From the sequence record MZ234025.1: a stretch of 64,000 nt of DNA. One strand, 5' to 3'. The position numbers were made by a program, and so were the translations under genes. Origin of the DNA: Escherichia phage vB_EcoM-172859UKE1. Positions 34,448 through 46,475 of this stretch are shown here, in pieces; positions within the stretch are counted from its first letter, which is position 1; each line of letters opens with the position of its first letter. The notes below the pieces were generated by a model. It saw only the letters and a program-made list of their open reading frames with translations, was not told the origin of the DNA and did no database searches.

Positions 34448-35103
34448 GAGGCTCTCACAAAGTGGTAGAAAACGGTAGGAGTATCATGGTTATCAAGAGT
34501 AACCGTTTGGGCACCCAATAAATTCCATGTTCCGTATCCGGATTTTGCTTCAGACAAAATTTCTTGCGAAATTGTTACACCAAACGAAGCATATGTTGGC
34601 AACACATGACGTTGGTTATCTAAATATGTCACCTGAAGTTTATTACCTTCAGACGGATGGTCTTTATAAGAAGAAATAGCGATTTGATTAGCAATGGCTT
34701 CTTGTAAAGCTATACGAACTTGTGCCGTTAATTCGTTATCAGTCATACCGATTGTTGCTTTAACAGCAAGTCCAAATACGTTAATAACGACCGGCGTTCC
34801 AGGGGCCAAAGTATCGTCGAGAACATCACCAGAAAAAGTCCAATAATCAACTTGTGCTGTACCTTCAGGCGATACGCCTGAAGTATTTGTGACAACAGTA
34901 CCAATATCAGCTCGTGCCATATTATGGACATCATTTATTGCAGATTCTACGTTAGCATCATAAAAACCGCGAGCTAACTGAGAAATAGTCACGGAACCTA
35001 CAGCTTGGTTGTTTAAAACATCAATTTGAGCTGGATTTTTTCTGTAATTCAAAAAATCAGCATGACGGGAAATAACTCCCGCCTTTGTATTAAGTACAGT
35101 CAT
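34444..35103 (-). CDS. 11: baseplate wedge protein gp11
   Basis: 219 aa from second Met ([10 protein letters not shown]..), matches recalled T4 gp11 start; track ORF N-extended. Confidence 0.85.
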   Translation of the reverse strand: MTVLNTKAGVISRHADFLNYRKNPAQIDVLNNQAVGSVTISQLARGFYDANVESAINDVHNMARADIGTVVTNTSGVSPEGTAQVDYWTFSGDVLDDTLAPGTPVVINVFGLAVKATIGMTDNELTAQVRIALQEAIANQIAISSYKDHPSEGNKLQVTYLDNQRHVLPTYASFGVTISQEILSEAKSGYGTWNLLGAQTVTLDNHDTPTVFYHFVRAS

Positions 35104-36908
35104 TATGCAATCCTTACCCAACGGTATACAGTTATAGATGGCTGAATATTAGTTATAGAACGCGCTGGAACATGAGATTCATTAGTCTTTGCATGGTCTT
35201 CACGATATTTAGTGTAAATAGGACCTTCTGCATCTGGGTCGTATTGACAACCGCCTATAATTACTGTACCATTATCATCAGAAATAAGAACCTTTTCATC
35301 GGTTTGTGTAGCTGGTAAATCAGCATTTTCTAATGTGATGGTTGTTACACCAACGGTACCACCTGCGGTATGAGTAGGGTTACCATTGACGTCAAGGTCA
35401 TTATTATTTAATGCAAAATTAGGATCCGACGCGTCGTCATTCCAACCTGCTAATACTTTGCCTTGTCCCCAAATTTTCCACGAACCAAAACCTAAATAAG
35501 TGGCCGGATTATTAGGGTTAACCGCATTTTCGTAAATAGTCCCGACAGGATAAATTGTATCAAATATTGCTGAAATAGTCGAGAATTCACGTTCATACTT
35601 AGGAACAGGTTCTACATTAGGCCATCCAATTTTATCGAAATCGGTTAATGCAACGTCACCAGTAATTTCAATGTTAGACCCTTGAGAAACATATTTCTCG
35701 TCAGCGACATCAAGGATTTCTTCCATTTCAAGAAGAGTTCCTAAATCGTTATTAAACCATGTGATGGTAATAATGTCTTGGTCTTCAAATTGACGGTCAA
35801 ACAGAATTGCGCTAGGGATATTATCGGTATATTCAATCGCATAATCTGTATACGATTGAGTCCATGTCCCACCGAGATTAGCGCATGACTCTTCAGAATC
35901 AGCATCCACGCCTTCACAACGGAAAATAGGAGTTCCAACAGTACCAGCTAATTCTTGGAGAATACCATTGAAGCGAACTTCTAATGAATTCGGGTTAGGT
36001 GGTTCTGTAGGATTAATACCAAATGCTGTAAATGGAATAGACCTGAATGTACTCAAATCAGTGACGTAAATACTTCCGTCAATAGACTTTTTAGCAGTCA
36101 ATTTACTATCTAAAATGCGAACTTGGCGACGAGTATATGAACTACGCCACTGAGAAACACCATCTAGGAATGTTTCAATTTGTACAGTGTCTCCAACATT
36201 ACATGGTTGGCGTAATCTAATATTAAATCCATCAAGTGCAACCAGTTCACCAGGATTAGCGCCTGGAGAACCAAAATCACTATTATCACTGAATACATCA
36301 CCATAATACAATTCGTTGCCACGATGTTTTACGCGAATGTTGTTAACGTTATAAGAGGTCCCGTTAAAAACATCCATGAAATCGGTCTGACCTTGGGTTT
36401 CAACCAGATATTCTCTACGAGCAACATTACTAATGTCAGAGCTAACTATTTTATCAATTTGTTTGTTCTTGATGTATTCCCAACGTCCAGGAGCACAATA
36501 AACTAATTCTAAGTCAGAGAACTGAACGTTAATTTCTACCGGAGATGAAGAACCTTTAATCGTGTCTCCGTTTGCCGGAATTAAAGTAACAGGGTTAATG
36601 TTCCAAGTTGCAAATACGTCACGAGCACGAATAACTTTATTATAGTCTGCAATTGTCCCTTTAGGAAGATTTACTGAAACTCGTCCAGAAGTAGTATTAA
36701 TTGCATAAGATTTACCCCAAGCAGCCTTAAGATTAAGACCATCAGCCGCATCATAAGTCTTCCACGCACCAGCGGCGTAAGGAACTTCACCATCACCTAA
36801 TTCATAATAGATTTCGTCAAAGTTCTCATTTATTTTTTCACCACCTCGACGAAGGTAATCGCCTTGTCCGTCATCAACGACGTTACCAATTTTAATATTT
36901 TGTTTCAT
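35103..36908 (-). CDS. 10: baseplate wedge protein gp10
   Basis: 601 aa (T4 602). Confidence 0.85.
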   Translation of the reverse strand: MKQNIKIGNVVDDGQGDYLRRGGEKINENFDEIYYELGDGEVPYAAGAWKTYDAADGLNLKAAWGKSYAINTTSGRVSVNLPKGTIADYNKVIRARDVFATWNINPVTLIPANGDTIKGSSSPVEINVQFSDLELVYCAPGRWEYIKNKQIDKIVSSDISNVARREYLVETQGQTDFMDVFNGTSYNVNNIRVKHRGNELYYGDVFSDNSDFGSPGANPGELVALDGFNIRLRQPCNVGDTVQIETFLDGVSQWRSSYTRRQVRILDSKLTAKKSIDGSIYVTDLSTFRSIPFTAFGINPTEPPNPNSLEVRFNGILQELAGTVGTPIFRCEGVDADSEESCANLGGTWTQSYTDYAIEYTDNIPSAILFDRQFEDQDIITITWFNNDLGTLLEMEEILDVADEKYVSQGSNIEITGDVALTDFDKIGWPNVEPVPKYEREFSTISAIFDTIYPVGTIYENAVNPNNPATYLGFGSWKIWGQGKVLAGWNDDASDPNFALNNNDLDVNGNPTHTAGGTVGVTTITLENADLPATQTDEKVLISDDNGTVIIGGCQYDPDAEGPIYTKYREDHAKTNESHVPARSITNIQPSITVYRWVRIA

Positions 36909-37780
36909 TATTGAGCGACCCCAATTTTCTGAGTTGAGATAATTTTAACTGCTGAACGTAATCCAATAATATCGGATGTAATCGTCATAGTAGCAAAGTT
37001 GTTAATAATACTAAAGCTAATATTAGCAATCTCGTCGGTTTCATCTACATTACCAACTCGCATTACTGCAAATTCGGTAGAAAGAACTTCTGAGTTAATT
37101 GTATCTATTAGAATATTTATTTCGCATGTTTTTATTTTTCTACCGTCGGCGGATTGGCATGTAACAAGCAATTTAGCCATGTTATAATCTGTGCGATAAA
37201 ACAGAGGAATAGAAACTGTGTTTCCTGTAAGACCCCAAGTCCCATCGACGGGAGATTCTTTCTGCCCAAACATGCTATCAGTAGAATAATTCCATACTGA
37301 AGTTGGCCCATTAATTTCAACACAACGAAGAACAACATGGGTATAAGGGGTGGAAATAACAAGATTATTAAGAACACCTTTAATCGAACCATCGGTTACT
37401 TGGATACTTAAAGGATTGTTAACAGAAATAGACCCATTAGAGTTTATGAATTCCACAGAGTCACCTAATTCAGGACGGTCAATAATAACAATCACACCGC
37501 CATCAGAAGCATCAATATCATGCATGGTGCCGGGTTTAATAGGAGTTTGATAATCGACCGCCTTTCCTTTTTGATAATAACCTGTGGCATGAATAGTTTG
37601 ACCTGTAGGTCCGGTTCCATCTGCTACGGCCATTTTACGTTGATCGCCAAATGCATTGTAAATAGCGTTGATATCGTCATTTATTTTATTACCACCGTCG
37701 AATAAGATATCACCTGTTGAGGCATTACCAATTTCGCCGGTATCGATTAATTGTTTAGGAGTTTGCTTAAAAAATGCCAT
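36908..37780 (-). CDS. 9: baseplate wedge / long tail fiber socket gp9
   Basis: 290 aa (T4 288). Confidence 0.85.
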   Translation of the reverse strand: MAFFKQTPKQLIDTGEIGNASTGDILFDGGNKINDDINAIYNAFGDQRKMAVADGTGPTGQTIHATGYYQKGKAVDYQTPIKPGTMHDIDASDGGVIVIIDRPELGDSVEFINSNGSISVNNPLSIQVTDGSIKGVLNNLVISTPYTHVVLRCVEINGPTSVWNYSTDSMFGQKESPVDGTWGLTGNTVSIPLFYRTDYNMAKLLVTCQSADGRKIKTCEINILIDTINSEVLSTEFAVMRVGNVDETDEIANISFSIINNFATMTITSDIIGLRSAVKIISTQKIGVAQ

Positions 37781-37812
37781 AATTCTGCCTTTTGTTGTCC
37801 GATATTATATTC

Positions 37813-37820
37813 TATTTATA
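37813..37820 (-). promoter_or_regulatory. late promoter TATAAATA (minus strand) for gene 9
   Basis: TATTTATA on plus strand between gp8 terminator and gp9 start. Confidence 0.7.
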
Positions 37821-37821
37821 G

Positions 37822-37849
37822 ATACAAAAATGGGAGCCCGAAGGCTCCC
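37822..37849 (-). terminator. terminator after gene 8 (GGGAGCC-TTCG-GGCTCCC + AUUUUUG)
   Basis: Perfect 7-bp stem, UUCG loop, U-run on minus strand. Confidence 0.6.
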
Positions 37850-37852
37850 TAA

Positions 37853-38857
37853 TTAAAACATAAACAAAATGTTAATTTCTTCTGTTTGGTCCATTGCCAT
37901 AATAACAGGTGGTCGGTTTTCCATATAAATCATTTCACCAGAATGACGCTGCAGGTCTCTAGGGTCGTAATAATCCTTTTCTGCTTTAACATTAGGGTCA
38001 TTTGGATTTTTCTTAGCTTCTAACGGGTTTGCGATAATTGATATCTGTCTAAAACCCTTGTTACCAGGCAAAGCTGCCTCAGGGAAATAAACCGAATCAA
38101 AATATGCTTTAAACCGCATCGTATTGGCTTTAACACGGTAAATCAAGCCATAGTCGTCTTGTTGCCAAGTTAAGTTATTTTCGTATCCCCAACGCGTAGG
38201 GTCTTCTTTAATTTCTTCCGGCCATGGAACTACAAGATATTCGTTAGTGCAACGGTTAATTGACACATCGGCAGGAATCTCATAAAGATATTCCCAAATA
38301 TATCCATCACCGGTTTCGATAACCCCATTAGCATCGCCTCTGCCTTCAGGAGGAGACATAGAACGAACAGACGGGGTCCATTTACCACCCAATTTAAGAC
38401 ATTCATCTTTATTATCTAAAGATTCTATTGAACAGAGCCCTACGTCAGGGACATCTAAACAACGGTAAATTAACCAACCGGCTCCAACTTCTGTCGCGTT
38501 GTACGGAGCAGTATTACATGCGACTATATCGTTAATTCTAAACGTGTAAGGGTCTGGATATCGCACATCTCCCCAATCACGCCTAGGAATAACAGAATCT
38601 AACATTGAAGGTAAAACTTTAACGGTACCCATCATATGGGTCCACATATCAGTAACACCAAGAACAGAATCTGTAGGATAAGGTGGGGCGAAGCCCACCT
38701 CATTTTCATTTGACGCCCAAGGCTCTGAACGCCCAAATGTAATATAAATGGAGTTCTTATCGTCTCCATCCCCAACTGAATTGTAAAAATTCAGCATTTT
38801 CTCTGTTCTAAATTTTGATGTAACTATTGCACGATAGATAACACTTGAATCATTCAT
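37853..38857 (-). CDS. 8: baseplate wedge protein gp8
   Basis: 334 aa as in T4. Confidence 0.85.
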   Translation of the reverse strand: MNDSSVIYRAIVTSKFRTEKMLNFYNSVGDGDDKNSIYITFGRSEPWASNENEVGFAPPYPTDSVLGVTDMWTHMMGTVKVLPSMLDSVIPRRDWGDVRYPDPYTFRINDIVACNTAPYNATEVGAGWLIYRCLDVPDVGLCSIESLDNKDECLKLGGKWTPSVRSMSPPEGRGDANGVIETGDGYIWEYLYEIPADVSINRCTNEYLVVPWPEEIKEDPTRWGYENNLTWQQDDYGLIYRVKANTMRFKAYFDSVYFPEAALPGNKGFRQISIIANPLEAKKNPNDPNVKAEKDYYDPRDLQRHSGEMIYMENRPPVIMAMDQTEEINILFMF

Positions 38858-41800
38858 CTAATTTAACCTGTGGTGGATTCACGGGGTCTCTTGGATTTCC
38901 TACATTATCGATTAACCGCTGTTCAACCAAATCTCTAAATCTAGAGAATGTTGTTCCGGACGCATCAAATAATGGGCTCATCAGTTTACGTCGTTCCGAT
39001 GGAAGTTGACCTTGAAATATGGAGTTATTGTTTTCAGCGTTATAATCTTCAGGTAATGGATAATCTTGACCAGCCATAGGGCCTATTTCATATATCGCTT
39101 TACCTGTAATAGGGTCAAACTCAACATTTCCTTGTGGGTCTAATTTAGCCACTCGGTCTGCATATTTAGTCGGTAATCCAGAATCCCACTTATAGTTTTT
39201 GTATTTATTAATAATGGTTTCAACATGTTTAAGTGTTAATCCGGTGTTAATAAACATTGTGAGAAGGGTAATTGCGATAAATCCAAATCCAACCGGATGA
39301 ACAAAACGTAATACGTCTGATTTCCAACGAGATGATGGAAGTTTAGATTTAATCTTCATTACGTAGTATGCTCTACCACGATTTATGTAATCGATGTTGT
39401 TCTGAGAAAGCTCTTTACCTTTAATACCACGAACAATTTCACCTTCAAAACCAGGGAGTCTTTCAGCTTTAACTTCCTGTCCTTGGATTAAACGACCTAA
39501 GAGGTTGTGAATTGTTACAGCCCATTGTAATTTACCTTTAGAGTAACTTCTCTCGATATACGTCACATTACAACGTCCTGTAGCGGTGTATATGGTTTGT
39601 CCGACCAAATCTTCTGTCAACGAATCAGATTCAATGATGATATCATATTCAGTCCCGGAACTAGATTCAATTTCAATTTCAACATCTTCGTTATAAAGCA
39701 CTTTAAACAAGAATTTATATGATGCTTCAGTTCCTTTAGTTGAATAGAAGTCATAACTTCTTGATTCAAAGAAACGAGACACTAAATCGCGTTTTTCGGC
39801 GTTTAAGTAAATGTTTCGTTTATAAATCTCAGACCATAAGTATTCCCACGCATGTTCTTCGCGCGGATATTGATTTTTAATAAGATTTAAAAGGTTGTTA
39901 TAATGAGTCCCATAACCGTCAGAAAGATACCGAATATAAGCCTCGCAGAATGCTTCGAAGTTTGTATTATCTAAAAGATAAGACTCTGGCATCATTGTAG
40001 TGAGCAATGGTCGTAAATCTGGGTCCGCAATACCATTCTCTTCCACAGGAGTCCATGTGGTATCTTTTTCTTGGTTTTGTAACGATGCTGTTAAGAATAT
40101 ATTAGTAGGCTTCCAAATTATAGAAACATTATCTCTAACACGATAACTAAAATCATAATAAGAAATAATCTCACCTGATGCTTTATAGAAAATCATGCCA
40201 GATGCATATTTTTTAAATCCGGTGAAATCTACGTTAGGCATAACTATTGTACAGTCACCGTCCTTCCAATATTCATGAACTTCACGGTCTGAAGAACTAA
40301 GTGGATGATTCTCAATAACCTTAGTGTAAAGTAAATCAGAATAAATTACAACGGCCTTGTCTGAGTTATTAATCCAACAACGAGTACCAGACTTTCTAGA
40401 ATAACTAAAGAATGGCTCAGCATAGTATTCCATTGGTTGAGGAGTGAACGATTCCCATTGAGAGTCTTCAGTTGAAATAAATGCCATCATATGATAATGT
40501 TTATCAGCCAACCATTCGCGAGGATACTCATATTTAACAGCACCGATTAAACCGTACTTGACTTGTGTTTTTGGGTCATCAACAATATCCGATTCTAGAA
40601 ATTTAAAATTACTAGATGAAATAGATAACTCAACACCATCAGTAGACATACTGGTGTACCCAGGTTCAATACGACGGCGTTCTTCTTCAGTATTACCAAA
40701 CACACGTTTAAATGTGCCAGCATCATGGTCTAGAACGTAAATACCCTTATCAACAGAATCAACAATAGGAGTAGTCCTCGGGTCATCGTTAAGATTAACA
40801 ACTTCACCGATAATCAGTGCAAATATTTTACCACCGACAGAATCCATTTTATAGCAAACTGCCTTAGGGTTACCTGTGATGTTAAATGTTTCTTGTTCAA
40901 ACAAACGTTCGGAATACGTCGGAGATAACGGGTCTGAATCAATAGGGGCATTACTAGTTTTAATAAAACGAACTTTATCTCGAGCAGCAACGTATACATA
41001 ATCGTCATTGCAAACGATAGCTTCTGCAATACGTGACACGTTAGCAGGTAATGATGCGTAGTTACCAAATATTTCTACATCAAATCCTAAATTTAACTGG
41101 TCACCAATTTTAGCAAATGTTATATCTTGAGAACTAAATCTCACATCATCAGCAGACCAACGAACGTCAGTTGATTTACGCCCGTAAAATAATTTATCAT
41201 ACCCAAGAACATACGTGGTATAATCTGTCTGGTAATACACTGTTCTTGATACAGGGTACCCTACACGGTCATTAAACAATTTAACCGATTTCCAGGTTTG
41301 TCCCTTATCATTAGAGACTTTAACCACAGGCTGATACCGTTCAAACAAATAAAGAATTCCTTCGGATTCCATCAAATAAACACGGTTTATATCATGACAC
41401 ACCTGTTGAATCGAACCTTGAATTTCATGATACTCATTTTCGCCAATAATGAAATTTTTAATAGATGAAATATCCGCATAAGCAGGGCTAAATTGGAACG
41501 ATTCATTCATTAGAGCTGCCATTATAGTGTCGTTATTAAAATCGACATAAGCCATGTTGTTATTTGTAAATTTTTCTCTAATAAAAGTGTTAGCCAATTG
41601 CATTTCAATCATATGTTGAAATGTATACGCGTTAGTCTGAAATGATTCAAATATTTCGGTGTATACCCAATCAGATCTCTCGAAGCCTTCGGCTGCAGTT
41701 GATACACGAATAATATAAGAAGTTAATGGGTCTAAGCTACTTTCGAACCAGTTGCTATTAGGAGTATATCCTAAATTTATCCATCTGTAGCTGGCAGGGG

Positions 41801-41948
41801 GAATTATTTCCCCGTCTGCCGTTTTAGTCTCAGCGATTTCTACGAAATAGTAGAAATTAGCACCAACGTCATCCCAGCGTATTTGAACTTGGTTAGCGGA
41901 CAACTTGGATATTCTGAGACTTGTGACTGCTGGCGCTTTTACTGTCAT
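38850..41948 (-). CDS. 7: baseplate wedge initiator gp7
   Basis: 1032 aa as in T4. Confidence 0.9.
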   Translation of the reverse strand: MTVKAPAVTSLRISKLSANQVQIRWDDVGANFYYFVEIAETKTADGEIIPPASYRWINLGYTPNSNWFESSLDPLTSYIIRVSTAAEGFERSDWVYTEIFESFQTNAYTFQHMIEMQLANTFIREKFTNNNMAYVDFNNDTIMAALMNESFQFSPAYADISSIKNFIIGENEYHEIQGSIQQVCHDINRVYLMESEGILYLFERYQPVVKVSNDKGQTWKSVKLFNDRVGYPVSRTVYYQTDYTTYVLGYDKLFYGRKSTDVRWSADDVRFSSQDITFAKIGDQLNLGFDVEIFGNYASLPANVSRIAEAIVCNDDYVYVAARDKVRFIKTSNAPIDSDPLSPTYSERLFEQETFNITGNPKAVCYKMDSVGGKIFALIIGEVVNLNDDPRTTPIVDSVDKGIYVLDHDAGTFKRVFGNTEEERRRIEPGYTSMSTDGVELSISSSNFKFLESDIVDDPKTQVKYGLIGAVKYEYPREWLADKHYHMMAFISTEDSQWESFTPQPMEYYAEPFFSYSRKSGTRCWINNSDKAVVIYSDLLYTKVIENHPLSSSDREVHEYWKDGDCTIVMPNVDFTGFKKYASGMIFYKASGEIISYYDFSYRVRDNVSIIWKPTNIFLTASLQNQEKDTTWTPVEENGIADPDLRPLLTTMMPESYLLDNTNFEAFCEAYIRYLSDGYGTHYNNLLNLIKNQYPREEHAWEYLWSEIYKRNIYLNAEKRDLVSRFFESRSYDFYSTKGTEASYKFLFKVLYNEDVEIEIESSSGTEYDIIIESDSLTEDLVGQTIYTATGRCNVTYIERSYSKGKLQWAVTIHNLLGRLIQGQEVKAERLPGFEGEIVRGIKGKELSQNNIDYINRGRAYYVMKIKSKLPSSRWKSDVLRFVHPVGFGFIAITLLTMFINTGLTLKHVETIINKYKNYKWDSGLPTKYADRVAKLDPQGNVEFDPITGKAIYEIGPMAGQDYPLPEDYNAENNNSIFQGQLPSERRKLMSPLFDASGTTFSRFRDLVEQRLIDNVGNPRDPVNPPQVKLDE

Positions 41949-43918
41949 TGTGAAATAGGCTCCAAATCTATAGTTAAGTACTGAGGACGTAAGTCATTTT
42001 CGAATACAATTAAAGAACCATCCTTTGTAAAAATAATATCATCTGCAGGGTCGGAATAAAGTTCAATTGTTTGAACTTCAAAACGGTCTGAAGTGAGGTC
42101 AATTTTAGCAATGTTCCAATAAATCGAATCGGCAGGATAATTCACTTCACCAATTGAATAGTATTTGTTTCGTCCGTCAGTAACAGTAAGTTTATTAAAA
42201 TCATTACCTGTATAAGGTTGTATATTTTCGTTTTCAACAACATCACCGTCTGCAAATGGACCAATAATAACTTGACCTATGCCACGGTCATTACGGTCAG
42301 AAGATACTATGCGAACACCGTATTTAATAGTTTCGTTTGCATTTTCTGGATTAGGTCTGTGCGAATCAAACGAGAATATATTAGATTCCATCGATCTATC
42401 TTTAATCTGATTATTGTATTTAATACCGGCCTCAGGCGTTTTATAGAAGTTTTGTACTTCGCGAACCATTTGAATAGTAGCTGAAGAACCAATAATAGAA
42501 ATATCTGCATCATCGACATAAGTTAGCATTTTAGATTTTGCAAACGATGAGTTAAAAATTTCTACATCTTCAATATAATAACGGTCTATTTTATTAATAA
42601 TCTGCCCTTCAAGATATTGTTCTGATTCTTGGAGTTTATTCAACGCGTATGTAACTTTGATATTCATTTTGATAAACAAATAATCAGGCGAAATAACAAC
42701 AGGTGTAATAGTCCCTAAGTTATAATCATTCAAATAGTTTTTGATATCATCACGTTGAACAGAAGTCAAATACAATCCAGATTTAGGCTTAGCAGCAATA
42801 TATGCGTACCCTGGTTTAGATGAATCTGTGAATGTTTGAACCGCTTGAATAATAGAACCAAACCGCTCAGAGACGAATGTGTCATAGTCGGAAGCAGTTA
42901 CACAACGTTGTTGAGTTTCGCGTTTAATTGTGCCTAATTCGCGGATACGTTCAATATCTTCAGGGTCACCACCGCCGTCAGCCCCAACAAAGTCTGGGTT
43001 ATTGCTAGGGTTCTCGTTAATATCGATTACCGTGATATTAGCTAATGTATCAGCATAAGAAAATCCTACAGCACCGTTAGCATCTGCGCCATTAGTAGAA
43101 ATATACTCAATTACGATTTTAGAACCCTGAACAGGTTTAAGGCCACCAATATAGTTAGATGTTAACGCACCTTCTGACGTGTTAATAGAGATTTCGCCTT
43201 CACCAAAATAAAATTCGGTGTTCCCATCAACTGTTTCACGCATATAATAGATTGTTGACGTAGAACCAGCGTGAACCATCGACTTACGAGTCCAGTTAAT
43301 CCATTCTGCTCCGTCAACATACAACTTAACCAAATTACGGTCAATATTCTTATCACGAATAATGATAGGTTTTAATCTATCAAATGTTAATTCAGTGCGA
43401 ACAATACGTCCTTGAGCTAATCGAAGACGTGGAAAATATTGGTTATTTTTGTCTTTAACTACAATGACATCTTCAGTAGAAACAAAGTTATACGGGTTAA
43501 CAGAAGTATCTTTAGCGTATGCTAAGAAACGAGTGCCACGTGGAATGGTGATATAGTTTCTATTTAATGCATCTGTACATGTGAGCATAATTTCTGTTTG
43601 TGCTGCTGATTTAGATGAAGGCAGATATCCGTTATCTTGAGCCGCTTGTACAACAGAACTACGCAAGTTTGCAGTACGCATAAAACTTTCATACACTGCA
43701 CTATTACTGAACTGTTGGATGTAAAGAGTGTTATATGCTAAAAGGTCACACAATACGTTTAAACGCGAACCTTCAAAATCATAATCAAGAAATTCATTCT
43801 GCCCATTGAGCCATTCAATAATGTTCTGTTTGATTTCGGCAAATGTGCCCCCGATAAAAATCTCGGGAATAGCATTCGCTGTTCGGGTTAATTGATAATT
43901 TACAGGAGTGTTTGGCAT
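41945..43918 (-). CDS. 6: baseplate wedge protein gp6
   Basis: 657 aa from MPNTPVNYQLTRTANA.. (T4 gp6 starts similarly); track ORF N-extended. Confidence 0.9.
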   Translation of the reverse strand: MPNTPVNYQLTRTANAIPEIFIGGTFAEIKQNIIEWLNGQNEFLDYDFEGSRLNVLCDLLAYNTLYIQQFSNSAVYESFMRTANLRSSVVQAAQDNGYLPSSKSAAQTEIMLTCTDALNRNYITIPRGTRFLAYAKDTSVNPYNFVSTEDVIVVKDKNNQYFPRLRLAQGRIVRTELTFDRLKPIIIRDKNIDRNLVKLYVDGAEWINWTRKSMVHAGSTSTIYYMRETVDGNTEFYFGEGEISINTSEGALTSNYIGGLKPVQGSKIVIEYISTNGADANGAVGFSYADTLANITVIDINENPSNNPDFVGADGGGDPEDIERIRELGTIKRETQQRCVTASDYDTFVSERFGSIIQAVQTFTDSSKPGYAYIAAKPKSGLYLTSVQRDDIKNYLNDYNLGTITPVVISPDYLFIKMNIKVTYALNKLQESEQYLEGQIINKIDRYYIEDVEIFNSSFAKSKMLTYVDDADISIIGSSATIQMVREVQNFYKTPEAGIKYNNQIKDRSMESNIFSFDSHRPNPENANETIKYGVRIVSSDRNDRGIGQVIIGPFADGDVVENENIQPYTGNDFNKLTVTDGRNKYYSIGEVNYPADSIYWNIAKIDLTSDRFEVQTIELYSDPADDIIFTKDGSLIVFENDLRPQYLTIDLEPISQ

Positions 43919-43926
43919 TTTAATTC

Positions 43927-44220
43927 CTATTTTATAAAGACTTTTGACGAGGCCTGAGAAACAGTATCCCCGCATGAAATTGGGTCAGCCATTTGAACGG
44001 CCTTTTTACCGGTGACGTATACTTTAGATGTACGAGGTTCAGTAACACCTCCATGAGTCTCGTATGGTTTTTTAATTTCTGTATGAGGTGTTATTTGGTC
44101 TCCTGCCACAAGAACAGGAATACCGCCGGTGAACACTTTAGATTGGGAAGCATTTATTACAGTAGGAGGCCATGCTTCATGACCTGTTGTAACGCACTTG
44201 TCGTAACTTAAGCCAGACAT
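43927..44220 (-). CDS. 5.4: PAAR-repeat spike tip protein gp5.4
   Basis: 97 aa from MSGLSYDKC..; size and position match T4 gp5.4; Gly/Thr-rich PAAR-like repeats. Confidence 0.75.
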   Translation of the reverse strand: MSGLSYDKCVTTGHEAWPPTVINASQSKVFTGGIPVLVAGDQITPHTEIKKPYETHGGVTEPRTSKVYVTGKKAVQMADPISCGDTVSQASSKVFIK

Positions 44221-44222
44221 TT

Positions 44223-44738
44223 TCACGGCCTCACATAAACATAGTTTCGTAATTGATGAGCCCATTTGCTCCAATTTCCTACTATAGTTTTTGTATAAAC
44301 CTTAGTAAGAGTTTTTTGTACTGGAGCCGGTGGAGGTTCTGTACCAGAGTCACTTCTAGAACCGCCTGATGAACTTTCTTCTTGGTAGTTATAAATCATT
44401 TCAACCGTATAACTAAACACTTTACGAAGATTCTGAGGAGCTCTCCACAAATATAACTGTGTGGACTCATCTTTTGGTAAATCATCCCATGAAGATGCGG
44501 TTTCAAAATCATCATTTAATCGGTATTTCAATGCGTCCGAAGAAAAGCTAAACACACTTTCATATGTTCCATATAAACGATTACCATCTACCGTAATGCC
44601 TTGTGTCGGTTCATAATCTGTTATATTTATTGACACTAAAGTTTCGGTTGTTTCTAACTGTGGAGTAAAAAGGACGTCAATAGACGCCCCTTCCATGTCT
44701 TCTCCTAAGTCGGTATTTAAAGGAAGTATTTGTGCCAT
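44223..44738 (-). CDS. hypothetical protein (gp5.1-like)
   Basis: 171 aa between gene 5 and 5.4. Confidence 0.5.
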   Translation of the reverse strand: MAQILPLNTDLGEDMEGASIDVLFTPQLETTETLVSINITDYEPTQGITVDGNRLYGTYESVFSFSSDALKYRLNDDFETASSWDDLPKDESTQLYLWRAPQNLRKVFSYTVEMIYNYQEESSSGGSRSDSGTEPPPAPVQKTLTKVYTKTIVGNWSKWAHQLRNYVYVRP

Positions 44739-44741
44739 ATA

Positions 44742-46475
44742 TTACCCAATATCAATACGAGATCCGTCAACGGTGTATTGTCCTGAAGCTACTGAGCTCA
44801 TTGTAGACATTGTTTCTGCCCAATCCCCGGCAACAGTCATATCAACATTACCATTAACAGTCCATTTAACGTTTCCGTTGACGGTGTAATCATGATTCCC
44901 TTCGACCTGAGTTTTAGCATCACCTTTAACAAGAATATCTGCATTTCCGTCAACAACTATTTTGATATTACCCTTAACGTAAAGAGTTCCATCGCCTTCA
45001 ACAGTTTTAGATTGGTTACCACGAATAAAGATTGTGTCATTGCCGTCTATTTGATGGAGGCGGTCTGCCATGTTATAATATATTTCATTAGCACCAACGT
45101 TAACAAGCTTATCGCCAGAAATCAAGAAGTTCCCATCGCCATTAGTGATGTCAAAAAGGTCTTCTACAGTTTTACGAGTACGACGGCCGGATGGAGAAAC
45201 TTCCTCATATGACCCTGTTGGATGAACTAAGCGATAACGTTCATTACCTGGAGTATCGTCAAATTCTTGGATATGACCACTTTCTGTTTCCATAGCATGA
45301 ACGTATGGATACTCACCACGATAACTTGATTCCGGTTCTTTAAAAAGGATACGTGAATCTAATGGAACAGGAGGACCAGCCGGGTCTTCTGGATCGGTAT
45401 TTCTAGTAACTAAATCGGCACCAACTCCTGGTGAAGGTGGTGTTTTAACAGGAACACCGTATGATTCCATGTTACCTGTTAAAATAATTGTTGTTACACG
45501 TGAAGCGCGTCCTTTAGTCTGTTGGAACCATAATGAATCGCGTCCAGATTTGTATGCAGTTTTCCAATCGCCTGCGGCCATTGCTTTAAGCATAGTATTG
45601 AATTTTGCTACACCACCAACGCCCATTTGGAAACACATGTTTTCTAATGCCATTTGACGAGACCTGTTCATTTTAGCATAAACAGGACCTACTTTAGAAT
45701 TAGAACGAATGTCTTTCTGCATCTTAGCAAGGTCTTTCTCAAATAACGCTGTTGCTTCTTCTAATGTAATAGTTCCGGGATTTCCTGTTACTTCACGCCC
45801 TACTTGATCAGATAACAATTTATTAATTCGAGACATATCTCGGGTCTTTTCCATTACGATAAGGTGTCCAATACCTACTGTAGGATACCCAAGATGGTCC
45901 CAATACACTTTATCACGAAGACCTTCGTCACGACGTAACATTTCTGTTATTGTAAAATTAGGGTCGTCATCTTCTGGAATATTTGCTAAATCTGTATCGT
46001 CTGGGTTTATACCGTAATCCAAGTTGTTATCTTGAATTACGTTAGAGTTCGAATAATAACCAGCTTCACCACCTTGGTTTAATACGTTCGTATCATTACC
46101 TAAACGTCGCGGATACTGGCCTGTCGGGTCTGAAAAACCTTCAAGTCTATTAGGCTTTTCACGTACGATTCCGCCGTATGTACCAAGTACGATCCCGTTT
46201 GTTTTCCATTTGTCTAAGAAATGACCATATACTCGAGTTCCTTCAACAGGACCTGTAACAGAACCACCAATACCTGACATTGATGCAGACGTAATAGGTT
46301 GAATAACAGTCATCCATGGAAGTTTTTCTGTAGGAATACCTTGTACATCACCTTGTGCTCTCTGTGCCGGATGAAGACCAACGACTCGAACTCGAACTCG
46401 CCCTTGTTTTAATGGGTCCATTCTGTCTTCGACAACACCCACGAACCAATTAAGACTACTGCTAATCATTTCCAT
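44742..46475 (-). CDS. 5: baseplate hub + tail lysozyme gp5
   Basis: 577 aa (T4 575); internal lysozyme domain paralogous to gene e (ITEMLRRDEGLRDKVYWDHLGYPTVGIGHL); C-terminal beta-helix VxGxxxxx repeats. Confidence 0.9.
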   Translation of the reverse strand: MEMISSSLNWFVGVVEDRMDPLKQGRVRVRVVGLHPAQRAQGDVQGIPTEKLPWMTVIQPITSASMSGIGGSVTGPVEGTRVYGHFLDKWKTNGIVLGTYGGIVREKPNRLEGFSDPTGQYPRRLGNDTNVLNQGGEAGYYSNSNVIQDNNLDYGINPDDTDLANIPEDDDPNFTITEMLRRDEGLRDKVYWDHLGYPTVGIGHLIVMEKTRDMSRINKLLSDQVGREVTGNPGTITLEEATALFEKDLAKMQKDIRSNSKVGPVYAKMNRSRQMALENMCFQMGVGGVAKFNTMLKAMAAGDWKTAYKSGRDSLWFQQTKGRASRVTTIILTGNMESYGVPVKTPPSPGVGADLVTRNTDPEDPAGPPVPLDSRILFKEPESSYRGEYPYVHAMETESGHIQEFDDTPGNERYRLVHPTGSYEEVSPSGRRTRKTVEDLFDITNGDGNFLISGDKLVNVGANEIYYNMADRLHQIDGNDTIFIRGNQSKTVEGDGTLYVKGNIKIVVDGNADILVKGDAKTQVEGNHDYTVNGNVKWTVNGNVDMTVAGDWAETMSTMSSVASGQYTVDGSRIDIG